Shown: positions 35,181 to 44,545 of the stretch, piece after piece
Numbering within the stretch: the first letter of the stretch is position 1
Layout: every line of letters starts with the position of its first letter
Source of the DNA: Candidatus Parcubacteria bacterium
GTDB lineage: Bacteria > Patescibacteriota > Minisyncoccia > Sungbacterales > SURF-37
Direction: 5' to 3'
Assembly (NCBI GenBank): GCA_003599755.1
Contig: QZJO01000009.1
Location: 150,362 to 214,361, forward strand
Length of the DNA stretch: 64,000 bases
Made by a program: the position numbers and the translations under genes
The notes under the pieces: generated by a model
What the model was told of the DNA's origin: nothing
The model's input: the letters and a program-made list of their open reading frames with translations, nothing else
The model's database searches: none

Positions 35181-37649
35181 TCAAAGCGCATAAATATCCA
35201 CGATCGAGCCGAACCGTTCCATGCGCCAGAGCTCGCGGATCGGCACGCCCGCGATCTCGCCGGAGAGTTCAATCGCCTGATCAAATTCCGCTCCGGCAGG
35301 ATACGGCGAAAACCGCTGAACGAGCTTCAACTCGCTAATAAGCGATCGGGTCTCCGGCTCAAGATCGGATTGATCTCGATAATTGTACTCCACAACCAAG
35401 TAACGATACCCGCGCTCGCGGAAAAATGCGGCATCCCGCGCATCGCGCTCCGGCTTTCCGCGCGCGATGAAATGAAGATTCAGGAATTCGTATGCCGGGC
35501 TCGGATACGCGTCGGACGAATGGCGCAGCAGCGCACGATCCGCGGCGCGCACGCCGGCCGCATCGGCGGCTTCAAGCGCACGGATACCGTCGGGCGTATT
35601 GATAAGCCGCAGGTACGGCGTGTCACCCACGATCTTTTCGCCCGCGGAGATATATTCTGCAATCCAATCCCGCGCCATAAGGCGGGTTTCCGTGCGGATC
35701 GCGAGCATATCGTATCGAAGCGCAAGAACCAGCGGAAAACCGAATACCGCGAGGAGTGACATCGCGGTTATACCGCGCCGCATGACGAAAACGCGCGTGC
35801 TTACAAGCTGCAGCAGGGCATCCAAGCCCGCGCCCGCAAGGATAGCGAGAACCGGTACGATGAACACCAGTGCGCGGGGAATCGCATTGAAAAACGCATA
35901 AAGAAACGAAATATAGGCAACAGCTACGACAACCGCCGGTATGACAAACGACGCTTTGCGCCGCCAAAGTATCGCTGCGCCGACAACCGCGGCCGCAAGC
36001 AACGGCAACTCATACCGCAGGAGAAGTCCGGCATATCCGCCCAAGAATGCGAGCCATTCCCCCATGCCTTTTCCCGCCAGAATGCCGAAGCGACGGCCGA
36101 GATCCCCGCCTACGGTTTCGCCTCCTTCGCCGCGCGTGAATCCATAGGGATACAAAAGAATCGTCATGCCGACCATGAGCACGGCGATACCGACCATCGC
36201 GAGCGGTCGTACGGAACGGATCCTTGTTCGCCAAGATTCGCATCCGAACAGATAATGCGCGAAAAGTCCGGGTATAAGCGCGATTGCGGCTGACGTATTG
36301 ACCGCGGTTGCAAGACCCGCGAATACGCCGGTAAGTATGTACGGACGCCATCGATCGCTCGTGCCGATACCGAAACTCGCGTACCACGCGAGATACAAGA
36401 GAAGCGCAGCCGGCATCCAATGGCGCACCACATGGGATAGCTGAATATGATAGAACGAGAGAGCGAGAAATGCGGCGGCAAACCATCCGGCACGCCGAGA
36501 CCCGGAAACGGCCTGAGTCATGCGCGCGACCAACGCAATCAATATGATGCTGAGTCCAAGGTTCGCAAGCCGGCCCGCCCACCAGAGAAACGTCGGATCG
36601 AGCGCCAGCATATCGCGCCATGCCGCAAGCTGCGGGAATCCGGCCAAAACGAAATGAACTGCCAGCGCGGGCGCGATAACCAGCAAATAAAAATAGGAAA
36701 GCAACGGCGGATAGTTCAGCACCGCGCGGAATGATTCTGCATGCAGCGCCGGAATCAGCGTGCGCTCTTCGAGCATTTTCAGCGCGCCGTAGATAAACGC
36801 CGGTTCATCATTCACCAAAAACAACGGGAAGCCGTATCCGATCGCCGGCAGCCGCAGCAAAACCGCGACCAATAAAATCCAGGGCAGTGGACTTTTCCAG
36901 CGCGCCGGAGCCAAAAACCACCGGGCCAACGACGCGTTCGATCCTTCGGGCAACAGCCGTATCCGCCACGGCTCCACGAGTCCCTCGGAGATGATGCTCC
37001 GTGAAATTTTGGACGTGCCGAGGCGCCGCTCGGTGAACGTTATGGGAACTTCCGCCATGCGCGCGCCGCGCCGCCAAAACATCATGCGCAACGTAAACCA
37101 CCATGCGTATCCGTTGGCGCGAACGTCGGCAAACGGTACGCGGCGCAAGAACTCCGTGCGCATGCAGGAAAATCCGGAGGTGCAATCCGCAAGCGGCAGG
37201 CCGGTGATCGTACGCACGTACCAGTTGCCGCCCCATGATAGCAAGCGCCGCCCAATGCTCCAGTTCTCGATCCGACCGCCGCGCACGTAGCGCGAACCCA
37301 CCACGAGATCAGCTCCTTCAGCCGCGCGGATCAGCGCCGGAATGTAGCGCGGATTATGGGAGAAATCCGCGTCAATCGTTATCACGAATTCGTCGGTACC
37401 GTCGGCAAGCACGCGCGCGAGCGCGTCCTGATACGCGGCGCGAAATCCCCGCGGACCCGAGCGCGTCATGAGCGCAACGCGCGGCTCCTTGGCGGCAAAC
37501 TCCCGCACGAGCTCGGCCGTGCCGTCGGGTGATTGATCGTCCACGACTAAAATCCGCGTGCCGTTTGGTGCGGCCGCCAACAGTTCTGCGATCAGCGAGA
37601 GGATATTCTCGCGCTCGTTGTACGTCGGGATAATGATGCGCGTCGCCAT
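35181..37649 (-). CDS. Fusion protein: N-terminal Dpm1-like GT2 polyprenyl-phosphate sugar synthase + C-terminal ArnT/PMT-like GT-C membrane glycosyltransferase
   Basis: N-term IIIPTYNEREN, VVDDQSPDGT, ITIDADFSHNP; C-term polytopic domain with first-loop motif FLVNDEPAFIYGALKMLE (ArnT/PMT 'DE' motif). Confidence 0.7.
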   Translation of the reverse strand: MATRIIIPTYNERENILSLIAELLAAAPNGTRILVVDDQSPDGTAELVREFAAKEPRVALMTRSGPRGFRAAYQDALARVLADGTDEFVITIDADFSHNPRYIPALIRAAEGADLVVGSRYVRGGRIENWSIGRRLLSWGGNWYVRTITGLPLADCTSGFSCMRTEFLRRVPFADVRANGYAWWFTLRMMFWRRGARMAEVPITFTERRLGTSKISRSIISEGLVEPWRIRLLPEGSNASLARWFLAPARWKSPLPWILLVAVLLRLPAIGYGFPLFLVNDEPAFIYGALKMLEERTLIPALHAESFRAVLNYPPLLSYFYLLVIAPALAVHFVLAGFPQLAAWRDMLALDPTFLWWAGRLANLGLSIILIALVARMTQAVSGSRRAGWFAAAFLALSFYHIQLSHVVRHWMPAALLLYLAWYASFGIGTSDRWRPYILTGVFAGLATAVNTSAAIALIPGLFAHYLFGCESWRTRIRSVRPLAMVGIAVLMVGMTILLYPYGFTRGEGGETVGGDLGRRFGILAGKGMGEWLAFLGGYAGLLLRYELPLLAAAVVGAAILWRRKASFVIPAVVVAVAYISFLYAFFNAIPRALVFIVPVLAILAGAGLDALLQLVSTRVFVMRRGITAMSLLAVFGFPLVLALRYDMLAIRTETRLMARDWIAEYISAGEKIVGDTPYLRLINTPDGIRALEAADAAGVRAADRALLRHSSDAYPSPAYEFLNLHFIARGKPERDARDAAFFRERGYRYLVVEYNYRDQSDLEPETRSLISELKLVQRFSPYPAGAEFDQAIELSGEIAGVPIRELWRMERFGSIVDIYAL

Positions 37650-37658
37650 CGCGAATGA

Positions 37659-38768
37659 TTACTTCGTAAACAGGGCAATAAATTGATCGCGCACGATTAC
37701 TCGATCATATCGGCGCACCCAGGCCGCTTCGATCTCGCCGATGGCCCGCCGCTCGTTCGCCGAGCGCTCCAAAAGATCGATCAGGGCCTCAGCGATGCGC
37801 TCGCTGTTCCCGCTCGGCGCAAGGTATGGCGTGAGCGCAGGCGGGGTGATTTCGCGCACGCCGCCGACATCGGTCGCGACATAGGGCGTACGGGCAGCCA
37901 TCGCTTCCAGCAGTACGTGGGGAAATCCCTCCTCTTCAGACGGCATCAAGAATGCATCCGCGGCTCCGAAATATGCGGCAATATCCCGCTGCGGCACGCT
38001 GCCGAGCAGCCGTGCGCCGGATGCAATGCCGCGCCGCTCCATATCCGCTCGGATTGCTTCCCGCTCCGGACCGTCGCCTGCAATCAATACCATAGCACGA
38101 GGCATGCGGGCCAGTATCCGCGCGGCGATATCGGGCAAAAGATCCGCGCCTTTGCGGCGCGACAAGCGGTGCGCGAAGAACACCACGGGGGCATTGGCCG
38201 CGATGCCGAAATTTTGGCGGATATCGCTGTCCCGCGCCGCGGCGCCAAAGAGATCGACGTCGATCCCATTGGGCAACACGCGGATGCGATCCGGCCGCAA
38301 TCCGTATATGCGCGCATAGGTCACGGCAAGACCCGGCGTGCCGGTCACGAGGATCGCATGGCGCAATACGAATCGAAATGCCGCTTCGGCGAATCGGTTT
38401 CGGCGATACAGCCACGGCATGCCGCAATTCCAATAATACGCTCGGCCGCCGGTGCAGCCGAATACGAGCCACGCGGCAAGTCCGCCGTAGATCGAATAAT
38501 GAACGTATGCATGCCGCACCCCGCTGATGCGCGCCGCAAGAAGCAGAACGAAGAGTTCGAGGAGCCGAAGCGGACCGAACGCGAAGCGCTGCGCGCGGAT
38601 GCGGTATGCGGCCTCGGGAATCGCGCCCCGCGCCCGCTCGGCAATGACCAGAAGATCAAGCGCCGATGCGGCATCGCCGAGTAATGCGTAGATATATGAA
38701 AAATGGCTGCCCGTGGCAGCGTCGTATTCCGGCAGTATGAAGACCGCCCGCGGCCGGTAAGAAGTCAT
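37659..38768 (-). CDS. Glycosyltransferase family 4 (GT-B)
   Basis: EEGFPHVLLEAMAARTPYV E-x7-E motif. Confidence 0.8.
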   Translation of the reverse strand: MTSYRPRAVFILPEYDAATGSHFSYIYALLGDAASALDLLVIAERARGAIPEAAYRIRAQRFAFGPLRLLELFVLLLAARISGVRHAYVHYSIYGGLAAWLVFGCTGGRAYYWNCGMPWLYRRNRFAEAAFRFVLRHAILVTGTPGLAVTYARIYGLRPDRIRVLPNGIDVDLFGAAARDSDIRQNFGIAANAPVVFFAHRLSRRKGADLLPDIAARILARMPRAMVLIAGDGPEREAIRADMERRGIASGARLLGSVPQRDIAAYFGAADAFLMPSEEEGFPHVLLEAMAARTPYVATDVGGVREITPPALTPYLAPSGNSERIAEALIDLLERSANERRAIGEIEAAWVRRYDRVIVRDQFIALFTK

Positions 38769-38771
38769 AAT

Positions 38772-39455
38772 TCAGCGATTGAGTTCTTCGCGCATGCGCG
38801 CGAGGCGGAGCTCAGTCCCCAGATCCTCCCACCGGCCGCGGTGCTCGAACGCGCGAAGTTTTCCTTCCGCGGCAAGTACGGGAAACAAATGCTGTTCAAG
38901 CATGGAAAATCCCTGCGGTAGACGGTCGCGATGCTCGGGCTCCAATACATACAGCCCCGCATTGATATGCCCAGCCGTCGGTTCGCTCGGCTTTTCCCGA
39001 AACTCCTTGATCAAGCCGTCCTCGATGTGCAAAAGACCAAAGTCGCGCGCATCATCCCGCCAATGAGCGGCCATGAGCGCGTGGCCGGGCACATGCGAGC
39101 GCGCGAGCGCGAGAAAATCGAAATCCGCGATCGTGTCGCCGTTGAGCACCGCGAACGGTTCTCGAAAATCCGCGGCCGCAAACCGGACCGCGCCGCCGGT
39201 TCCCAATGCCTCGGGCTCTATCATCCAATCGCACGCGAGACCGCGATCGGTCACGAAGCGAATGATCTGATCCGCACGAAAACCGAGCGCGAGCCGCACG
39301 CGGGTGAATCCGGCGTCCGCGAGCGCCCGGAGCTGCCGCTCCAAGATCGCCTGCCCCCCGATTTCGACAAGCGCCTTCGGAATATCGCGCGCGGAATTCG
39401 GCAGCCGCGTGCCGCGGCCGCCCGAAAGTATCAATGCCGGGAAGGATTGCTGCAT
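38772..39455 (-). CDS. Sugar-1-phosphate nucleotidylyltransferase (NTP_transferase family)
   Basis: ALILSGGRGTRL pyrophosphorylase motif, GTGGAV. Confidence 0.75.
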   Translation of the reverse strand: MQQSFPALILSGGRGTRLPNSARDIPKALVEIGGQAILERQLRALADAGFTRVRLALGFRADQIIRFVTDRGLACDWMIEPEALGTGGAVRFAAADFREPFAVLNGDTIADFDFLALARSHVPGHALMAAHWRDDARDFGLLHIEDGLIKEFREKPSEPTAGHINAGLYVLEPEHRDRLPQGFSMLEQHLFPVLAAEGKLRAFEHRGRWEDLGTELRLARMREELNR

Positions 39456-39472
39456 GGATCAATGCGAATTCC

Positions 39473-40411
39473 TTAGGTAATACCGGTTTTCGCGCCTTCC
39501 CGTTGCGCCATATCCGGCGACCGTTCGGCGAATATGCAGAAATTATCGCGAATATTCACGGGGAGCGCGAGCCGATTCAGGGGCGTGCGCCCGATCCAGC
39601 GGCTTGCCGCATCCCAGAAGCCGATTCCTTGCCAGCGCGCGAGCATGGAAAATACGTAGGCCGGCGTGAAGCGCTTGCCGAATTTACGCACGGCAAGCGG
39701 TCGGAATCCGGTGCTGCGCAATAACGCAGCGGCGTTTGTCGCATTAAAATACGAAAGATGCTCGGGCGGACAGTAGGCGTGCCATCGGGTACCGAACACG
39801 CGCGCCCAAGCGCTCGATGCATCGGGCGTATTGATCGCGATGATGCCGCCCGGCCGCAAGAGCGCACGGCAGCGCGCGAGCATGCTCGCCGGATCGCTGA
39901 CATGCTCCAGAACGTCCATGAGCGTAATGGCATCAAATGCGCCGGGCGGCAAAGAAACCGTTTCCAGCGTGCCGCATCGTACGTCGAGCCCTGCCGCGTG
40001 AGCTCGCCTGCACGCAAAGGACGAAATTTCGACCCCCGTACCGCGCCAACCCTCCATCTGCGCCATGCGCAGAAAAAATCCGGTTGCCGCGCCTATGTCC
40101 AAGAGCGCGCCGGGCGGCGAACGAAACGAACGAATCGTCGCGAGAACGGACGCGAAGAACGATTCCATGGCGATCTTATCTTCATCGTAGTCGGCATAGC
40201 CGAATCCTGCGGCCGCGCCGCGAAAATAATCTTCATCGTAGATTGCCTCGGTAGACGGAGGCGCGGGCCATACGAATCGAAAGTCGCAGGCCGGACACCG
40301 CCAAATGCGCCATTCCCGTTTTGTGAACGCGAATACTGCCGACGCTTGGCATACCGGGCACTGCAGCGGGGTCTGGACGGTATCGGCATGCATCACCAGC
40401 GGTCCGGACAT
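39473..40411 (-). CDS. SAM-dependent methyltransferase with N-terminal Zn-ribbon
   Basis: CPVCQ...CPACDF Cys4 ribbon then LDIGAATGFF motif I; start at MSGPLVMH (ATG 40409-40411). Confidence 0.65.
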   Translation of the reverse strand: MSGPLVMHADTVQTPLQCPVCQASAVFAFTKREWRIWRCPACDFRFVWPAPPSTEAIYDEDYFRGAAAGFGYADYDEDKIAMESFFASVLATIRSFRSPPGALLDIGAATGFFLRMAQMEGWRGTGVEISSFACRRAHAAGLDVRCGTLETVSLPPGAFDAITLMDVLEHVSDPASMLARCRALLRPGGIIAINTPDASSAWARVFGTRWHAYCPPEHLSYFNATNAAALLRSTGFRPLAVRKFGKRFTPAYVFSMLARWQGIGFWDAASRWIGRTPLNRLALPVNIRDNFCIFAERSPDMAQREGAKTGIT

Positions 40412-40412
40412 A

Positions 40413-42131
40413 TCAGAGGCGTACGCGATACAGTTTGAATTCGCCAATTTGGGCCGCCGGTTCCAAAAACGGAAATTGTTCGAACGGCAGCTCAGGATCG
40501 CGGACAACATCCCATACGATATAATCGACGCGGTACCGCCTCAGCGCCTCGCGGAATCCCATCGCGCGCAATTCAGCCGCGCCGAGAAGCGTTGTCACAA
40601 TGTATTCATCCGCCGCCGGCAGCGGACGCGGCTCGAATCCCAGTAACCGACGCAGCCGATTGCCTTGCGCGATATGCGCCCGCAGGTCAATGCCGTAAAC
40701 GCCGACCAGCGCCCGCTCGTGCGCCGCCACGAACGCCGCATCAAACGGATCCGCAAAAAAATTCTGGATGATGAACCGGTCGGCAAGCTCCGCATCGGAC
40801 ACAAAAAAGAGCCGCGCCAGCTGATCGAAGTATACGTTCGCATGTGTCGCTATGGGAATCAAACCGGAAAGATCCCCGGACGCGTATACGACCGCATCCC
40901 GGGGAACCTCCCGATCGATCCAGCGGAACAATGGTTCATAGCGCACCCAGGCCGCGCGCCGAGCTTTCGGCGGTTCGAATAATTCGGGAATATCGCGCAC
41001 GGCCGGCGCAGCCAACACGATCGCGGCACCCAACGCTCCGGCGGCCACCCACCGGCGCTGCATCGGCAAGCGCGCCATGATCCGTCCCGCGAGAAATGCA
41101 GCTGTCGCGACGAACCATAGTCCGGCGGGCAATAGATAATGGCTTGAGAACTCTAGATTTTTACCCGTGATGAGATGCTGATTAACACTAATCACTATTG
41201 CCGCGATACCGCTGATAAGAACCAACGCCTCAGGCCTTGTCGTCGACCGCTTCCGCAACCATATCCCTGCGAGTACGGCGAACAAAAGCACCGCAGGAAT
41301 AACGATGGCGATACCCGAGGGGAATCGCGTCTCGATCATGCCGATGCGGTGCAGCGTTTCTGCGTATTCAGGCAATCGGATTGCCTGAATGAAAAACCAA
41401 AGATACGGCAGCGCTACCAGCAGTGCACCCCCGAACACCATCGAAAACTGCCGCGCTTGCTCGCGCTTATTCGAGAGCCAAAATACGGCCGCCAAGAGCG
41501 CCGTGCAGATAAACGCGAACACCGCATAATACGTATAGAGATACGGAAGCAAGCCAATGCTTGCCGCGGCAATAGCGAGGGCGCCGCGCCGCGCCGGCAG
41601 CGCTTGCGCTATAGCCAGAAGCGCTATGATCGCCGCGAGCAAGACCGGTATATGTAATTGCGGACTTACGCTACGGCCGAATTCGTGAGGGAACATTCCA
41701 ACAAAAAAAATCAGCGCCGCAGCAATAGCGATCGCGCGGCTCCATGCCAGACGCAGAAACAAAAGATATGCGGCAAGCACTGCAAGCGCGGGCAACACGA
41801 AATCAAGGATAATACTTTGCGCGATGACGTACGGGCCGATCACGAACAGTGGAAGCGCGATCAGGAATTCGCCCAGGAATATGGGCGCGGGCGGTTTCGA
41901 TTTATGTTCGGCCAGATACGGATTCCCGATGGTGACATGGCCGTCTACAACTTCTCGGATGCGCGCGAAATATAATGCTTCGTCATCGGCTCGCATATGC
42001 GCCGGACTATTCAACGGAATATCGTACCGAAGCCAATGCCAAAGCGGCGTAGTGACGAGCATGGCGCTCACGAAAAATGCCAAACCAAATGCCGCCCCAT
42101 GGCGTTGCAATGTCGATATCAATCCGGTCAT
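40413..42131 (-). CDS. ArnT/PMT-like GT-C family membrane glycosyltransferase (putative)
   Basis: Polytopic N-terminal domain with first-loop RADDEALYFARIREV (DE motif) plus ~180-aa C-terminal soluble domain. Confidence 0.5.
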   Translation of the reverse strand: MTGLISTLQRHGAAFGLAFFVSAMLVTTPLWHWLRYDIPLNSPAHMRADDEALYFARIREVVDGHVTIGNPYLAEHKSKPPAPIFLGEFLIALPLFVIGPYVIAQSIILDFVLPALAVLAAYLLFLRLAWSRAIAIAAALIFFVGMFPHEFGRSVSPQLHIPVLLAAIIALLAIAQALPARRGALAIAAASIGLLPYLYTYYAVFAFICTALLAAVFWLSNKREQARQFSMVFGGALLVALPYLWFFIQAIRLPEYAETLHRIGMIETRFPSGIAIVIPAVLLFAVLAGIWLRKRSTTRPEALVLISGIAAIVISVNQHLITGKNLEFSSHYLLPAGLWFVATAAFLAGRIMARLPMQRRWVAAGALGAAIVLAAPAVRDIPELFEPPKARRAAWVRYEPLFRWIDREVPRDAVVYASGDLSGLIPIATHANVYFDQLARLFFVSDAELADRFIIQNFFADPFDAAFVAAHERALVGVYGIDLRAHIAQGNRLRRLLGFEPRPLPAADEYIVTTLLGAAELRAMGFREALRRYRVDYIVWDVVRDPELPFEQFPFLEPAAQIGEFKLYRVRL

Positions 42132-42179
42132 ACGTCGGTACGATTACGCCGCGGCATACCCAACGATGCTACCACACAA

Positions 42180-43340
42180 CTACACCCGCGCCAGGCCCCC
42201 CAGAATCCGCTCGGCGCGCGCAGCCCAGGTATACCGCTGGACCGCCTGTTGGGCGCGTGCGGCGCGATGCGCCGCTTCCTGGGGATGTTCAATACCGGCA
42301 CGAATCGCATCAGCGAGTGCCGCCGCATTATCCGGCTCTGCAAGCGCGACAGTGGTCTTGTCCACGATTTCGCGGATCGAGGGCAAATCTGATGCCACGA
42401 TCGGCCGGCCCGATGCCATGTATTCGAATAATTTCATGGGCGAGGTATGCAACCGCGACTCTTCGTCCTTGGCCGTGTTGGGCAGTACTAAAACGTCCGC
42501 GGCTCGCAGCCATATCGGCATCTCACTCCATGGCCGCTGGCCGAAAAACCGCACCCGATCAAACGGGTCGCCTCCGGCCCATTGCCGCACCGCCCCGATC
42601 GCGGCTTCATCCCCGCCCACAATGCATATCAGATAATCGGCGGGCAGCAGGCGCGATGCCCGGAGCAAGGTCTCGACGCCCTTCCAGCGGAAAAGTTGCC
42701 CCGTATAGCAGACGATCTTTTTGTCCTGCGGCAGACCGAGTTCCGCGCGCGCCTCGTCCGCGGCGAGCGTGCTTTGGAATTGTCCAACATCCGTGCCATT
42801 CGGCCAGGATACGATACGCTCCGCAGAAATGGAAAAATCTCTTTGCAACATTGCCACCTTCGCGCGGGTCTGAGTCACGATGCAACGCGCGCGCCGCAGC
42901 ACGCGCGCGTACCAAAAACTTTTGACCGGATAGGAGTGGATATCGTAGGCGATATACGGCGCGACAAAACTCGCGAAAAACAACGGAATATGATCATGCG
43001 AGAATACGACGGCATCGCGCAGCCGGTGGACGCGCAGCGCGAGCCAAACCGCGGCAACCAAAGAAAATGAAAACAGCTGAACCGGAAACCAAATACGCTG
43101 GCCGAATCCTAGCCACAACAAATCGAAACTGGGCACGCGGACAATGCGGAAATTTTTTGGCACGCCGTAAAACGCATATGGATCATCTTTGATCGGATTC
43201 CAACGCCACGGCACCACGACCGTAGTCGGGATGCCGGCCGCGGCGAACGCGGAGGCGAGCTTTACGGTGGCCAAGCCGTGCGCTTTTTCGGTCGGCAGGC
43301 GGGCGTTGGTCACATATACGATTTCGGACGGGAATTTCAT
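42180..43340 (-). CDS. Glycosyltransferase family 4 (GT-B)
   Basis: Start at MKFPSEIVYV (ATGA overlap with the upstream gene); C-terminal KLFEYMASGRPIV motif. Confidence 0.75.
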   Translation of the reverse strand: MKFPSEIVYVTNARLPTEKAHGLATVKLASAFAAAGIPTTVVVPWRWNPIKDDPYAFYGVPKNFRIVRVPSFDLLWLGFGQRIWFPVQLFSFSLVAAVWLALRVHRLRDAVVFSHDHIPLFFASFVAPYIAYDIHSYPVKSFWYARVLRRARCIVTQTRAKVAMLQRDFSISAERIVSWPNGTDVGQFQSTLAADEARAELGLPQDKKIVCYTGQLFRWKGVETLLRASRLLPADYLICIVGGDEAAIGAVRQWAGGDPFDRVRFFGQRPWSEMPIWLRAADVLVLPNTAKDEESRLHTSPMKLFEYMASGRPIVASDLPSIREIVDKTTVALAEPDNAAALADAIRAGIEHPQEAAHRAARAQQAVQRYTWAARAERILGGLARV

Positions 43341-44428
43341 ACGAACGATTCGCGGTATCGGTTCCGGTATTCCGCCTCGGTCCCCGGCTCCATGGCGAGC
43401 ACGACGCGCTGGGCCTCGGCAGCCATGGTCTTGGTCCACTCGCCTTCCCGGCGAGCCGCAATCAATGCGCCACCCAGAGCCGCGGCACTCCCCGGGAGAA
43501 CCACGCGGCCGGTTTTCTGGTCTTGAATGATCTCGCCTGCGATCCCGACGTCGGTCATGATTACCGGCAACCCGGCAGCCGCGGCCTCGATCACGCCGCG
43601 GTTATATCCTTCATGATTCGACGTAAGCAAAAAGCAGTCCGTTCCTTTATAGTACGGTAAAAGATCATCCTGCCATCCAAGGAATTCGACGCGTTCAACG
43701 CCGAGCAGCCGTTCGCGTTCCGGCCCATCGCCGACCACAACCATGCCGCTCCGAGGAAATTCCTTGCAGAGCACCGTGAAGGCCTCGAGTGCGAGAGGAA
43801 TATTTTTCTCGCGCACGAGGCGCGCGGCAAAGAGCACGATCCAATCGTACTGCGGGAATTTAGCATGAAGATCGAATGCCGGCGCGGCAGCGGCAATGGC
43901 CGAGCGATCCACGAAAATCGGCAGCACGCGGATGCGGCCCTCCGAAATGCCCCGCGCGACCAGCGAACGCTTGATACGCTCGGATACGACGCGAAATCGC
44001 GCGGCGCGGCGGATAACATACCGTGCAATCCAGAAGCGAAGCCGATCTTTGATCGATTGCCGCCGGAAGGCGGGCGCGAAGAAATCCGCGTGCAGCTGCA
44101 CGTGCAGCGGTACGCGCGTGCGCCGCACAGTAAGCCATCCGGCAAGACCGGATTCGGCTGGATCTTGGGCGCTCACGCAATCGATAGCCGTCTTTTTCAG
44201 TAACGCGCGCGCGATCCGCGCGGCATCAAACGGCCGGAACGCCGGCTGGCGGGAATTGGTCGGAAAAATTCGGGCATTAGCCGCGATCGCGGTCTCTGAA
44301 AATCCCGGCGGCGTCATGACGACGATATCGAGCGTATCGAACAGCGACGCATAGCCGGCGATGCGCTGGCGCGCGGCCGAGTCAGGGCGGAACAATTCGC
44401 GGTCCGTGCCGATAACTAAAAGCTTCAT
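43337..44428 (-). CDS. Glycosyltransferase family 4 (GT-B)
   Basis: HEGYNRGVIEAAAAGLPVI E-x7-E motif. Confidence 0.8.
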   Translation of the reverse strand: MKLLVIGTDRELFRPDSAARQRIAGYASLFDTLDIVVMTPPGFSETAIAANARIFPTNSRQPAFRPFDAARIARALLKKTAIDCVSAQDPAESGLAGWLTVRRTRVPLHVQLHADFFAPAFRRQSIKDRLRFWIARYVIRRAARFRVVSERIKRSLVARGISEGRIRVLPIFVDRSAIAAAAPAFDLHAKFPQYDWIVLFAARLVREKNIPLALEAFTVLCKEFPRSGMVVVGDGPERERLLGVERVEFLGWQDDLLPYYKGTDCFLLTSNHEGYNRGVIEAAAAGLPVIMTDVGIAGEIIQDQKTGRVVLPGSAAALGGALIAARREGEWTKTMAAEAQRVVLAMEPGTEAEYRNRYRESFV

Positions 44429-44545
44429 CCCGTTAGAAATAGGACGCAGACGCCATAGGCGCCAGGCCGACTGAATTATTGCTGATAAAATCCAATTTCG
44501 ATCTGTGGTCCATAGTCAGGACGCGTCCGCGATGTCTAACGGGAT

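Noticed and set aside
44424-44540. Long-range imperfect inverted repeat (CCCGTTAGA ... TCTAACGGG) flanking the 117-bp gap between GT4 and tandem-GT4 genes
   Set aside because: Arms are short and imperfect beyond 9 bp; it could be a weak structured intergenic element but the evidence is insufficient for a call.
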